From contig CM000430.1 of NCBI GenBank assembly GCA_000165345.1, positions 640,001 through 704,000 on the forward strand: a stretch of 64,000 nt of DNA. Direction: 5' to 3'. Shown here piece after piece: positions 23,112 to 38,134 of the stretch. Each line of letters begins with the position of its first letter. Within the stretch, counting starts at the first letter, position 1. The notes under the pieces are model-generated. The model had not been told where the DNA came from. It saw only the letters and a list, made by a program, of their open reading frames with translations, and did not search any database. The translations under genes were made by a program, and so were the position numbers.

Positions 23112-24815
23112 ATGCCAGAACTTTATGAACTTCCATCATATTCAGCATTGAAAGAATATGCAAACAAACAAAAATGCATACACCTGAGAGATCTCCTTAA
23201 AAATGAAGTCAGAAATTCGTGTTTAACTGTCAATTTTGGAGAGATTTTTATGGATTTTACAAGACAAAACTTAGATGAAGAAGGTTTCGAGCTTTTGATT
23301 AAATTAGCAGCAGAATCGAATTTGATGGAAAAAATTAAGTTGCAGCTCAAAGGTGGGATTATTAATAGTACAGAAAAGAGAGCAGTCTTACACACTGCTC
23401 TACGTTCAAAAAGTAATATTCCTATTACTCTTTCCTCCGGTCAGAACGTACTAAATGATGTAAATGAGGTAAATAGACGAATTTTCAAGTTTGCAAATGC
23501 TATAAGAAAAGGTGAGCTTCTTGGCTCCACAGGAAAAATACTGAAAGACGTTATCTGTATTGGAATTGGAGGTAGTTACCTTGGACCTGAGTTTGTCTAT
23601 GAGGCATTAAGAACAACTCAGGAAGGCTTTGAAGCTTCCATGGGAAGAAGACTACGCTTTTTAGCTAATGTTGATCCTATAGACATTAGAAGAGCTACTG
23701 AAGGATTACATCCTGAAACTACTCTTGTTATTATTGTTAGCAAAACTTTCACAACAGCTGAAACCATTCTTAATGCAAAAACTATTAAAGAATGGCTACA
23801 CAAAGCTCTTAAAAGTGAAACTGCAGTAAGTAAGCATCTTGCTGCGGTTAGTACTAATATTAAGGCTACCTCCGATTTTGGAATTCCTGTTGACCACGTA
23901 TTTGGATTTTGGGATTGGGTTGGTGGTAGGTTTTCTGTCTGCAGTGCAGTTGGTCTTGTTCCGCTTTCAATCCATTTTGGCGCCAACCTCGTGCAGGAAT
24001 TTTTGGATGGCTGTTGGGACATGGACCAACATTATGAAACTGCTCCAGTTAGTAAGAATTTACCAGTCTTATTGGGTCTTCTTAGTGTCTATAATTCGAC
24101 ATTTATGGATAAGAGTTGTGTTGCAGTTCTCCCATATTGTCAGGCACTATGCAAATTCCCTGCACATGTACAACAATTACTTATGGAGAGTAATGGAAAG
24201 AGTTCAAGTATTGATGGAAATATGCTTCATGATAAGATTAAGACTGGCGCCATATTCTTTGGCGAGCCAGGCACTAATGCTCAACACAGTTTTTATCAGC
24301 TTTTGCATCAAGGCAGAAATACAACAAATTGCGAGTTTATTGGATTTGCAAAATCTCAATGCGACTCTCAGATCTTAGGTGATCCAATTTCTAATCATGA
24401 TGAGCTAATGTGTAATTTCTTTGCTCAGCCTGATGCATTGGCAATTGGTAAAACTCAGAGAGAGTTGAATCTAGAGGATTGTCCGGAAAATCTGATTCCT
24501 CATAAGTTATTCCAAGGAAATAGATCTTCTATTTCTCTCTTATTACCAATCTGTAGTGCATATTATATTGGCCAACTTCTTGCACTGTATGAACACAGAA
24601 CTGCAGTGGAGGGATTTATTCTAAATATTAACAGCTTTGATCAATATGGGGTGGAACTTGGTAAGGTTCTTGCTAAAGATATAAGAAACATTATTTCACT
24701 AAAAAAGACCAATTCATCTCCTGAAATTATTCAAAATAAGGAGGATAAGATTCCTGGGCCTACCAGGAGATTAATTGACTTATATTTGAGGGTTTCAAAG
24801 AGCCTGACGAATTGA
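23112..24815 (+). CDS. GPI: Glucose-6-phosphate isomerase (567 aa).
   Basis: ATG verified. Full-length PGI similarity including the GIGGSYLGPEF and FGFWDWVGGRFS motifs. Confidence 0.95.
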   Translation: MPELYELPSYSALKEYANKQKCIHLRDLLKNEVRNSCLTVNFGEIFMDFTRQNLDEEGFELLIKLAAESNLMEKIKLQLKGGIINSTEKRAVLHTALRSKSNIPITLSSGQNVLNDVNEVNRRIFKFANAIRKGELLGSTGKILKDVICIGIGGSYLGPEFVYEALRTTQEGFEASMGRRLRFLANVDPIDIRRATEGLHPETTLVIIVSKTFTTAETILNAKTIKEWLHKALKSETAVSKHLAAVSTNIKATSDFGIPVDHVFGFWDWVGGRFSVCSAVGLVPLSIHFGANLVQEFLDGCWDMDQHYETAPVSKNLPVLLGLLSVYNSTFMDKSCVAVLPYCQALCKFPAHVQQLLMESNGKSSSIDGNMLHDKIKTGAIFFGEPGTNAQHSFYQLLHQGRNTTNCEFIGFAKSQCDSQILGDPISNHDELMCNFFAQPDALAIGKTQRELNLEDCPENLIPHKLFQGNRSSISLLLPICSAYYIGQLLALYEHRTAVEGFILNINSFDQYGVELGKVLAKDIRNIISLKKTNSSPEIIQNKEDKIPGPTRRLIDLYLRVSKSLTN

Positions 24816-25061
24816 ATATTGAATAATACAACCAGAATAATAAGTTGTACCTCAATTCGTTAAAGTTGTATATTTCCCCAAGAACTTATCGTTTATATAG
24901 AGTCTTATATAAGAGATCAACTAGGCTTTTAGTAAGGCTAAAGTTTTTGAAAATCTTATAAATTAACTTTAGATAATTTGAGGAAGAAAGGGTTCAAGTA
25001 CTTATTATCGTCTATACTAAATTCTAGTTACTTTTAATGTCTTAAGCTTAGGAATTATAAG

Positions 25062-25955
25062 TTAATCCTTGATTATTTCCAAGTCATGATTAATATAATA
25101 ATAAAAGTCTTCTCTAGCTTTATTTTGAGCAATTGCTAATTTGTACTTATTGGATTTGAGAATACTCATTACGTCTTTAAGGTACTCACCACTTAGACTT
25201 TTTGGTTTCTTGATTAAATCAGTAGTAATTAATCCATGGGCTGGAGAAACCACAGTAGGTTCTATTAACTTCCAAAAATGTTTGGGTTTAACAGAATAAT
25301 TATATTTACCATCAATTTCCAAATTATTTATATGACGGGTTATTCTTAGCAAACTTTTATTCAATCTAGAAAGTGCCTGGCTTTTCCTTATATACATTGC
25401 CTTTGAAAAGAATCCTTTAGACTTGTTTTCCGTTTTCAGGTTATTATAAGCCTGCAAATATGAAGAAAGAATAAGAGGATAAAATGAATAGTATGTCCAT
25501 CTGATGTTTGTTGGAAATTCCTTATATAATAATGATTTGATGATAGTTACACTAGCAATGATACTTGCAGAAGCAATACTTCTTTCTTGGTTAAGTTTAA
25601 GTATCTTATGTTTCTTAATTCCTGTAGAAATTAATGTATTCTTTTTTTGCCTTTTAGATAATTCAAGAGAATATTCAGCAAATTTGATTCCGCTTTTAAT
25701 AATACGGTGATATTTAGCCTTATCATTATCAAAGTTACGGATTGTGTTATTGAAAGTAATATCTTCAATACTAAAATGTCTCATCATTCTCGTATCAAAC
25801 TTGACAAAAGAGTCTTCTTCTGCTTCATAAGATTTTTTCTTGTTAGGATAATCTTCAACCGATGGGAAGTCAGAAAGTAAGGTCTCTCTATTTTGGTCTT
25901 CAAAATTACCGTTTAAGCTTTTATCATGTTCAATTCCTGACAATATATTTTCCAT
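25062..25955 (-). CDS. Hypothetical basic protein (about 297 aa from the first ATG). The 5' end is uncertain.
   Basis: The track start at 26024 is TTG, the frame is open to 26058, and the first ATG is at 25955. A T-tract+AG acceptor-like site lies at about 26038. Promoter-type motifs are at 26101-26160. Confidence 0.5.
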   Translation of the reverse strand: MENILSGIEHDKSLNGNFEDQNRETLLSDFPSVEDYPNKKKSYEAEEDSFVKFDTRMMRHFSIEDITFNNTIRNFDNDKAKYHRIIKSGIKFAEYSLELSKRQKKNTLISTGIKKHKILKLNQERSIASASIIASVTIIKSLLYKEFPTNIRWTYYSFYPLILSSYLQAYNNLKTENKSKGFFSKAMYIRKSQALSRLNKSLLRITRHINNLEIDGKYNYSVKPKHFWKLIEPTVVSPAHGLITTDLIKKPKSLSGEYLKDVMSILKSNKYKLAIAQNKAREDFYYYINHDLEIIKD

Positions 25956-27608
25956 AATTTGGTTATCAGCTTCCAAATCAACTCCAAATGAAATACCACC
26001 TTCACCATATTCATTATTTTTCAATTCATAAGATCTAAAAAAATCAAAAATTGAATATTTTCAAGTTTTTAGTAATTAGAAATTTTAAGTCTCAATTTCA
26101 GGCGCCATGTAACTCTACAATTTGCAGTTGATTTATTTCATGCATATACATGCAAATTCAAATGCAAAATATAACAAAAATTTCCGGTATGGTTAACTAT
26201 TTTATATTGAGTGTTTCAAATTTGACTTTTGAAATTGAGATTCAATAAAATATATAAGCTTACCTGACAAAAAAATTATGAAGTCCATTTTGAAGAGAGT
26301 TCTTGGAAGAAAATAAGGAAATAAAGAAAAAAAGAGTATTGATAATATTTCTCGAGGCTGTCATTTTTGCTTGAGGGATAACAATAGAGTTTAGACGAAA
26401 AATACGTAATTTTAAAATTTAATTGGTTTTTTTTTTATTGTTGTTAATGTTGATCTAATTCTTTTTTTTCTTCTTCTTGAATTAGTTTACCATTACCTGT
26501 TGTTCTTTTCTATTACTTATTAAAATTTCCTCTAGAAATAATAATTCTTTCTTATTGTGGAAATATTCTTATATATTCAAAAATATTTGTTTTTCCCACC
26601 TTTACTAATATAATATTATTTTAAAATGATATTTTTTTTAGATTAAATCCTAATTACTTGGGTAGATCCCGCCAAACATGCAAAATTTTCAAGATTATTA
26701 ACTTTTTAAAATATGGGGGGCAGATCGTGAATTTTAATTAATATAAATAGTGAGCGGGCGTACAGGATACTGACAGAATGACATAAACAGCAAGAAATAA
26801 AAGAGCTAACAGAAGAATAGTATTTAAGTAAGCAAAGATCTAGTCTTACTGTTTGTTTGCTTTTTCTTTCACTCTTTTACCCACTTTATTAATTATTTAA
26901 TTGCAACATTTGCATTAAGCTATTTAAAAAACTAATTCATCCCGCCACATAATGCCGCCGCATGTTGCCGCCTAATTCGGTACCTCACTATTATATGGAA
27001 AAAACCAACTTTACAATAAGCTGTGTCTTGTGATTAAAGGATATTTAATAAACAGCAATGCCCACGTTAAAATAGAATATAGTATTAATTAATAATAAGG
27101 GCTTGAAAAAAAATATAAGTTAATTAATTGTAAATATATATGTATTCATATAATTTATTTTTATATATGAATTAAAACAGAGTAAAAGGTTTAATATTGC
27201 CAAGGGAAGAAGGAAAAAAAAAAAAAGAAAGAGAACGTGAGATTATTATTTTATTTATTCAAATAAATATATCACGGTTGCCTTGAGAAGGAAGTGGGCT
27301 TTAACTATTGTAGTATTAGTTACCACTGTAAAAGATTACGTAAATCTCTCAAAATTCTTTTTTGAATTGGTCTTATATTTCCACTTAAATCAATTGAATG
27401 GAAAAATACTAAATCACAATTAGAGTAAATACTGAAATTCATTAATATATGTAAATATATATAAATATATATATTTATATATATTAAATGTAAATTTATC
27501 TGTACAAATATTTATAGTAATAATCGTATTTAAGCATAAACATAGATAATAATAATATTAATAATAAACATCTATATTTTGTTATAACAGAGGTAATACA
27601 AGATAAAG

Positions 27609-28742
27609 ATGGTTCACGAATATATTGGAAGCAAAATTACAATAATTTCTCGTAATGATAAAAGATATGAAGGTGTCTTGCACTCTATAGATGTTGACAA
27701 GTCCACTATCACTTTAAAAGATGTTAGATACTTTGAGAATGGTCCAAATGGTGCTCCTGGGCCTGCATCATCAACCGTTTTTGAGATGATTGTTTTTAGA
27801 GGAAGTGACATTACAGATCTTGCAGTTTGTCAGCCGGCAGCGGCAACAAACAATAATGGACTTCCAAATGATCCTGCGATATTATCAGTTAATGGAGGAT
27901 CAGGGACTACTTCAGCTCAGAGCCAAGGTCAGAGTCATGTCGCTGATACTAGCAGTGTTAATCAGCAAAAACCACTTGAAACTAGTTCAAGTAACTCTAG
28001 ACGTTCCCCTAAAATGAGCTATAGCAATGCTGTATCCGGAGGAAAACCCTCAGGCACTAATCAAGGGAGCTCATCAATCTCGAACGGACGCAAAGATCAT
28101 TCCAGGAATAGACAAAGAGGTGGTGGATATTCAGGAAAATCTTATAAAGGTAGCGGAGGAAGCTCTCATTATAACAATGGTGGAGGTAGTCAAAGGTCTT
28201 TCATTGTTGGAGAACTAAAGCCTAGAATTAATCAGGCTCTCAAAGCAGAACTTGATACTGAATTTGATTTTTCCGAACAAAATAAGAAATTCGAGAAAAC
28301 GCTCAATGAAGGACTTGCTTCTGCTCAAACGGAACAGGGAGTTAAATTAGAAGGTACCATTTCAGATACCGGTAACAAATCTGGAGCTATGAATACAGGT
28401 CTAGGTATTAGTGGAAATTCTAATGCAAGTAATGATACTACTGATGATGACCCATCCAAAAAACTAACGGTTGGAGGATACAACAAAGTTTCTGGATTCT
28501 TTGATAGCATTTCCTGTGAAACTTTAGATCCTGAGCGCTCAAAAAAACCTCAAGGTTCATCTGATCCCCAAGCTAAAGCCCTCAGAGAAAAACAAAAACA
28601 AATAGACAAGGAAACCTTTGGAACGTCAGCTGTAAAACCTCGTACTGGGTCCTATAACAGAGGTTCTCATCATAGAAGAGGTGGAGGAAGTCATAGAGGT
28701 GGATATCATGGAAATAACAGATTCAATAAAAGAGAGGCATAA
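27609..28742 (+). CDS. SCD6: LSm14 / Scd6 / RAP55-family mRNP protein (377 aa).
   Basis: ATG verified. The N-terminal LSm domain YIGSKITIISRNDKRYEGVLHSIDVDKSTITLKDVRYF...VFRGSDITDLAV is present. There is an FDF motif (ELDTEFDFSEQNKKFEK), an FFD box (SGFFDSIS) and a C-terminal RGG-like tail. Confidence 0.85.
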   Translation: MVHEYIGSKITIISRNDKRYEGVLHSIDVDKSTITLKDVRYFENGPNGAPGPASSTVFEMIVFRGSDITDLAVCQPAAATNNNGLPNDPAILSVNGGSGTTSAQSQGQSHVADTSSVNQQKPLETSSSNSRRSPKMSYSNAVSGGKPSGTNQGSSSISNGRKDHSRNRQRGGGYSGKSYKGSGGSSHYNNGGGSQRSFIVGELKPRINQALKAELDTEFDFSEQNKKFEKTLNEGLASAQTEQGVKLEGTISDTGNKSGAMNTGLGISGNSNASNDTTDDDPSKKLTVGGYNKVSGFFDSISCETLDPERSKKPQGSSDPQAKALREKQKQIDKETFGTSAVKPRTGSYNRGSHHRRGGGSHRGGYHGNNRFNKREA

Positions 28743-29752
28743 TTTTTTTTATTCGGCCCACCAAAACTTAACCGCAGTGAATGCATGCACGTAATTCTCA
28801 TTATGTCATTTTGTATGTTACGTGGCAGGCGGGAACATATATTTATTAAATATTTTTTACTTTAAGTAGATATTGGGGGAATTAATTTGAAGTATTTGGG
28901 AGCCTTTTTATTGCTAAAGGTTCACTAATGTTTATTTTTCCTTTTTCTTTGTTGATTATGATTCACTAGATCACATCTAATCCTTCTATCTCCTTTTTTA
29001 CTCTTGTTTTTCTATTTTAATATTATCATATTCCACCTTTTTTCCCTCGCCCTCCCCAGTTGCATCTCTCTTGCCTTGGTAAATCCTAAAGGGTCTGACA
29101 CCATCGGGAAGATGGAAATATACTCCTTTGTCATGCATTCAAATTAAGATCCACTCCCTCCCCCATCACTACACACTTTTTTACTATGTAAAGTTTAATT
29201 TTTTAGGGCTTTAGTAATCAAATTAAATATTTTTTTAAATTTACGCCCAAAAGGCGGGAACATGCAGGATATTAAATTAGTTTGTTACTTATTTAAATTA
29301 TATTAATAATAAATACGTGTAAGGTACCGGTAATAATATATATAAATCGTATTAATATTGTGGTTAAATTTCAAATATTAGAGAAATAAGTACGAAGCTT
29401 TGCAAAAATTGGTAAAACCTCCCTATATAAATATATTTATATATTGAGGGGAGTTTCAGAATTAAATAAAGAGGAAAAAGGTGATAATAAGGAAGACTAT
29501 TTCGGAGATTAATCTCCATTGGGTAAAGTGAACGGAATTAAAAGGTAATAGTTAAATTCTGCGCTTCATCACTTAAAGAATCTAATTTGGAATAGGAATA
29601 ATAAATTCCTATAAGGTTCAAGCAAAGAATAAATAAACAGGAAAAGTGGTATCATAATTATTAAGAATCTTAAATACTAAATTGTGAGGAGTGGTTTTGA
29701 CACAGTTTTCAGAGTAGATAATTACTGTCTTTAAATTCATGGCAAATCAAAG

Positions 29753-31558
29753 ATGCTCTGCGTTTTATTCGTGCTAAGATTAGTATTGTTAATAGTAATA
29801 CCAGTAATTGCAGGAAAAGATTACTATAAGATTTTAGGGGTTCCAAGAAATGCAAATGAGAACCAAATAAAACGAGCATACAGAAAGTTAAGCTTAAAAT
29901 ACCATCCAGACAAAAATCCTGGCTCTAAAGAGAAATTCATGGAAGTTGCAAATGCATATGAGGTTTTAGTCAATCCTGAAACAAGACGTAAATACGATGC
30001 TTTTGGAGAAGAGGGATTAAAGTCTGAAGGATTTGGTGGAGGAGGAGATGGAGGATTTGATTTTGGTGGATTTGGTGGATTTGGAGGCTTTGGGGACTTC
30101 GGAGGTTTCAAGTTTAGTGCAGGAGGCAATACTTTCCATTTTGGAGGGGGAGGACCATTTGGTTTTGGAGGAGGTGGTGGAGGTAGGCGTCAGGGAAGTA
30201 ATTCAAGATCTCATTTTGAATCTCAAGGAAGCTCCTATAACAACTTGTATTCGGACTCAAAACATGTTACTGAACTTTCAACAATGTCAGCTGGTGAAAT
30301 CAAGGATAAGATCAAATCCAGAGAATGGATTATGATTGTTAACTTCTATAGGCCTGGATGTGGACCCTGTAAGCAGCTAGTACAAGCCTATGGAAATATA
30401 GCAAAACTAATGTCCCAGTATGATGTAGAATTTGGAGCAGTTAATTGCGATACCCATTTTCAACTTTGTCAATCCTATAATATTGAGAAGTACCCTCACC
30501 TATCCATGTTTATTAAAGGTAAAAATAGCCAAATAGTCTTTAATCCAAGTCCTGGATCTAAGAATCCATATAGTGAATCAAATATAGGCAAATGGATAAC
30601 AGAAAAAATGCCAGATCACTCTATGCGTCTCAATTCTTATAACCAAGCGATTCAATGGCTTAGACTTGGGAAGCATATTCCAAAAGCAGTTTTGTTCACA
30701 AACAAAGACTCTTCCTCTCCTTTACTCAAAAAGATTGCAAAAGATTTCCAGAATAGACTAAACCTAGCAATTGTCTCGATTAATAATGACTGGCTGAAAA
30801 AGATATTCTTTGCATCACCCCACATGGAAGCTTCAAAACCCGCAAATCCCCCTTATATTCTCTCAGTAGATGAAATTAATGAATCTGGAAATAAAGTTGG
30901 AGGAAAAGCCACAGAATCATCATCAATAACTGCCTCTGGAGAATGGATTTCTCTTAATACAATTTCTCATGATGTCATTACTTTAACATTGAGTCGTATT
31001 GTTGGCTCATTTAGAGCAAGGAAACAGCATGACATTAACGAGGCCTTGAAGAGCAAAGTTCAGGAACTTACTTTTGAATTGGTTACTTCCAAAGGGTTCT
31101 GCTCCGAGACTGATTCAAGATTTTGTGTTATTTTAATTATGGAAAAGAATGACTTTAGAATGGATAAGCGTTTTGAAGACCTTTCTTTCAAGTATAGAAA
31201 CGACCCAATAAACTTCTTCTGGATCTCAGCCTTTAGAAATGGCAAAAATAGCCACTTCTTAGATACTTTCAAATGTCATTCTGAGTTTTCACCGTCTTCA
31301 AAAACATGTATTGCCATTTATAGAGCTAAGAGAAGGAAATTTCAAACATTTGATAACCTTGAGCAGCTTCCAAAGTTTATTGATGGACTCCTGGATGGAT
31401 CCCACTCTCTATCATCTAACATCCCTAGATCCACTCCGATCCCTGTTCCAGCAGAGTCAGAGCCAACAGCCTCTTACCAAAACGATGAAGAAGATCACGA
31501 ATATAGTGACTCTGAAGACTCTGACTATGGACAGGAAAGCTCCAGGGATGAACTTTAA
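29753..31558 (+). CDS. ER-lumenal DnaJ (J-domain) protein with a thioredoxin-like CGPC domain and a C-terminal RDEL retrieval signal (601 aa).
   Basis: ATG verified. The signal peptide is [21 protein letters not shown]. The J-domain is YYKILGV...HPDKN, followed by a G/F-rich region. The thioredoxin site is [12 protein letters not shown]. The protein ends ...SSRDEL. Confidence 0.85.
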   Translation: MLCVLFVLRLVLLIVIPVIAGKDYYKILGVPRNANENQIKRAYRKLSLKYHPDKNPGSKEKFMEVANAYEVLVNPETRRKYDAFGEEGLKSEGFGGGGDGGFDFGGFGGFGGFGDFGGFKFSAGGNTFHFGGGGPFGFGGGGGGRRQGSNSRSHFESQGSSYNNLYSDSKHVTELSTMSAGEIKDKIKSREWIMIVNFYRPGCGPCKQLVQAYGNIAKLMSQYDVEFGAVNCDTHFQLCQSYNIEKYPHLSMFIKGKNSQIVFNPSPGSKNPYSESNIGKWITEKMPDHSMRLNSYNQAIQWLRLGKHIPKAVLFTNKDSSSPLLKKIAKDFQNRLNLAIVSINNDWLKKIFFASPHMEASKPANPPYILSVDEINESGNKVGGKATESSSITASGEWISLNTISHDVITLTLSRIVGSFRARKQHDINEALKSKVQELTFELVTSKGFCSETDSRFCVILIMEKNDFRMDKRFEDLSFKYRNDPINFFWISAFRNGKNSHFLDTFKCHSEFSPSSKTCIAIYRAKRRKFQTFDNLEQLPKFIDGLLDGSHSLSSNIPRSTPIPVPAESEPTASYQNDEEDHEYSDSEDSDYGQESSRDEL

Positions 31559-32475
31559 TATCCCATAACTTTTCCATGCTTGGCATTACAAATTAATAGC
31601 ACCCACACTCACTATACTATTGATTCCTGGTTCCACTACTCACTGGAACCAACTTAATGAATACATTTAAGATAAAGATTAAGTTATAGAGGTATCTTCA
31701 ACTTCGCCTTCAATACAATATGCATATATTTATTAATATTTTCATTTTTTTTTTTAAGTTTTTGTCCAAACTCAAATTTTGTTTGCTGAAATACTGTTTT
31801 TATTATGCATGCACTCCCGCCAACTACATGCAAATTTGCACAGTAAGCTATAAATTATGGCATCTAACCTTTACCAATTGAATTTGGAGGTAAAATGCAA
31901 GCCGCTATTCTTTTCTGTTTCTATAATATAATTCTGGCCACTTTTTTGCTCATTTTCTTTTCTGAATTATTTTTTCTTTTATATAATTCATTTCCTTAGT
32001 CATTTTTTATAATATTCGATAAATTCCCCCATAGCCTTAGCGCTCTCCCCACGTAAACAAACCAATATTTAGGCGCTTTTTGGCGGGTTTTGCATGCAAT
32101 TTGAGCTAATATCATTTTTTCTTGTATTTGAATGAAGTTAAAGGAAGAAAGAAAAAGAGGGAAATAGTTATTAATAATAAAATTGATAACTAACCTGGTA
32201 AAAAATAAATGGGAGCTAGGTTAATAATCTTTCAGTCAGAATATTGATTTGTAAATCAGAAAGAAAGAGACAGAAGAATCTAGGGAAAAAGTAATTCGCC
32301 TAGAAGGTCCGGACAAATTTTTGCAAGTTTTACTCTTTTTGGAACATTAAACTAATTGAAATAATATAAATCAGAGGAATAAAGAAATATTTAGTAATAT
32401 CGGCTTTTGAAGTTAAATTCTAAAAAAACTATAATTACTAAGCAATATTGAAAGATATTTTATTAAATCGAAATA

Positions 32476-33720
32476 ATGGACAATAAAACCCAACAATTCT
32501 TTAAGAGTATAAAGGAAAAGGACCCTCTAAATAATAAATGTATTGACTGCGGAGCGCCTCATCCACAATGGGCATCAGTTTCACATGGATGCTTAATGTG
32601 TTTGACATGTAGTGGTGTTCATAGAGGTTTGGGGGTACATATTAGTTTCATAAGATCCATTACAATGGATAGTTGGACTCCAAAACAAATGAAAGCAATG
32701 GAATTGGGGGGCAATACCAGATTGACTGAGATTTTTAGTGAATACGGGCTCAATGGCTGTGATATTAAGAAAAAATACAACTCTCAAATAGCTGCCTATT
32801 ACAGGGGAATGTTGAAAGATTTATGTGAGGGAAATACGCCAGGTCCAAAACCCTCAAAATCAATTGGTTGTTTGGAATATGTCCCTGAGAGCAATAATAA
32901 GAATAATAATGTAGGTAGCAATAACGGATTTTCTCCAATGAGAACTGGTACATCTTTCTCATCTTCTAACTCATTTGGAAATAATCCAAGCGACGACAAA
33001 TATGCAAACTTATTTGACCGTAATATTGGTTCAAAAGGCTTTGGAGGAATTCTCGATAGTTTATCATCGTTTAGCATGAAGGTCATTTCCAATACAAAAA
33101 GCTATGCAGAAAGTACAATCAACCATGTGAATGAAAGAGGGATTTTAGAGAGCGCAATCGACTCAGTAAAAGCTGGAGGAACATACATTGAAGAAGCTGG
33201 TAGAGCTGTTGTTGAGAAGGTCCAGGACGAGAAATTCTGGTCAAATACCGCTACTACAATGCAAAACTCTGCTCAATGGGTCAATAACACTATTCAGAGT
33301 GGTATTTCTGGAGTTAATGAGGTTATCCAGACTGCAATTGATCCAAGTAATTTTAATGATCCACTCAACAACATTTTCGGTGATGATATTAATGAAGCTG
33401 AGACTGACAGAAGTGGCCAAATTGATCCTCAAAAATCCTTAGATTCCATAAATTCCAATTCATTTAATTCAAGTAACAGTAATTTTACTCGAACTATTGG
33501 TAGAAAGCCTTCTCCACCTTCAGAATCTTTAGCTACTAATATGAATAGTAATTCCAAGGCTTCTCCAAGTAACAAAGCTCCACAATCTGTCATTAGCTCA
33601 AGTAATAGTAACGTCAACATTGTACAATCCGATGTAAAGAATATTAACCTCTGGGAAAGCGATCTTGGGGATGATTGGGAGCCTAAAGACTTCAAAAAAG
33701 GTAATACCAAAAAGGCATGA
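32476..33720 (+). CDS. ArfGAP-domain protein (414 aa).
   Basis: ATG verified. The C4 zinc-finger ArfGAP signature is [40 protein letters not shown], followed by a low-complexity Ser/Asn tail. Confidence 0.85.
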   Translation: MDNKTQQFFKSIKEKDPLNNKCIDCGAPHPQWASVSHGCLMCLTCSGVHRGLGVHISFIRSITMDSWTPKQMKAMELGGNTRLTEIFSEYGLNGCDIKKKYNSQIAAYYRGMLKDLCEGNTPGPKPSKSIGCLEYVPESNNKNNNVGSNNGFSPMRTGTSFSSSNSFGNNPSDDKYANLFDRNIGSKGFGGILDSLSSFSMKVISNTKSYAESTINHVNERGILESAIDSVKAGGTYIEEAGRAVVEKVQDEKFWSNTATTMQNSAQWVNNTIQSGISGVNEVIQTAIDPSNFNDPLNNIFGDDINEAETDRSGQIDPQKSLDSINSNSFNSSNSNFTRTIGRKPSPPSESLATNMNSNSKASPSNKAPQSVISSSNSNVNIVQSDVKNINLWESDLGDDWEPKDFKKGNTKKA

Positions 33721-34367
33721 GCTTTTTTTTTATATATTATTGCTTGTTCTAAAAATATCAATCCGAGTTTGAAGTAGGTAATCCATTTTGAAATATTAGA
33801 AATATTAAGAGTAAATTATTTTTTTTTATATTGGAATTACCAAACTCTTGAATTTAGTTTTAGTGGTATAATTTAATTAAATTTTAATCCTTCTTTTCTT
33901 AAGAAAAATAAGAGGATGGATGTTTTAATTTATATTCAAACTTAGAACTTGTAATATTATTTTGATTCCGTCTTTCAATTTAATATTAAATTCGAGATTA
34001 AACTCCATTATCTAGGTCGTCTCTCAAAATCTGAAGTTTTTTACCAAAAAGTAATTAAATGATAGACTATATGTTAACTCCTCATTCTTTTTGTCCTTGA
34101 ATATATCTGTGTGGAACTCTTGAACAATATTTTTCCCAATTTTCAATTTCCAAATTAATCTTAATTTTAAAAAATTTTTTGCAAGCACAACTTTCCCGCC
34201 AAACCCATTTTGACCATTTATTTAAAGAATTTATAATTGTATTAAAAGAATTGTCAAAATTTGTATTGATTTTCTTATAATATTTAAAACATCCAAAAAT
34301 TAATATTTAACTTTATATTTATGTATAAATTATCTCAACAAAGGATTAAGTTAGGGATCTGATATAA

Positions 34368-37285
<2,918 letters not shown>

Positions 37286-38134
37286 CAAAATTTGTCTCAA
37301 CCAATTTATCAAAAGAAGTATTCTTCTATATTATTTTGATTCTTAGCAATAGTAATGATAAAATATTCATTTAAATTATTACTTCACTTAAATTAATTTC
37401 ATTAATTACATATTTTTTTAATTAACATCACATTTTTTTATTTCACTAATTGTTTTAATATTTTTATAGTAAAAAAGCAAAAAAAAAACTTTCTCAATTA
37501 CTTGCGTTAATGCTCCTTCCACATAAAATAAATATATTTATACACGTAATTTGCATGTAATTATTTAATACCGGTATCATTATGTAAACTCTTTCCACAT
37601 TGAAAAAAATGTTGACATATACATGCGTGCATGCAAATTTGCAATATATTTAGATAATATATTTCTTACTAAATCCTTTATTAGTTTTATTAAAACAATA
37701 AATAGAGAAAAGTATAAATTATTGTTATTATTACTATTATTATTATTATAAACACAAATTTTGGTTAATTATAAAAGGATAATATCAACAATAAGTAAGG
37801 ATAACAAATAAAGAGCTTAAAGTATAAATTGGAAACTAGTATTTGTGTTTTTTTTTAGAGTAAAGCAAACTGTGTGATTCAATATGAATAATAATTTCTG
37901 AATGCAAATAAATATCTTGGAAATTATCAAATTAAATTAATATTTAGTGGCGCTATGGGGAAAATATTTCTAATCTGGATATTATGTTAATATTACTACA
38001 TGAAATCAAAATAAGCTACTGAATTCAAGATAAATAATATTAAATAATTACCAATTATTTAAGTGCTTTTTTATAAAAACTTTTAAATAATTTTGTTAAG
38101 TTAATAATTGATATATTAATTATAAAATAAAAAT

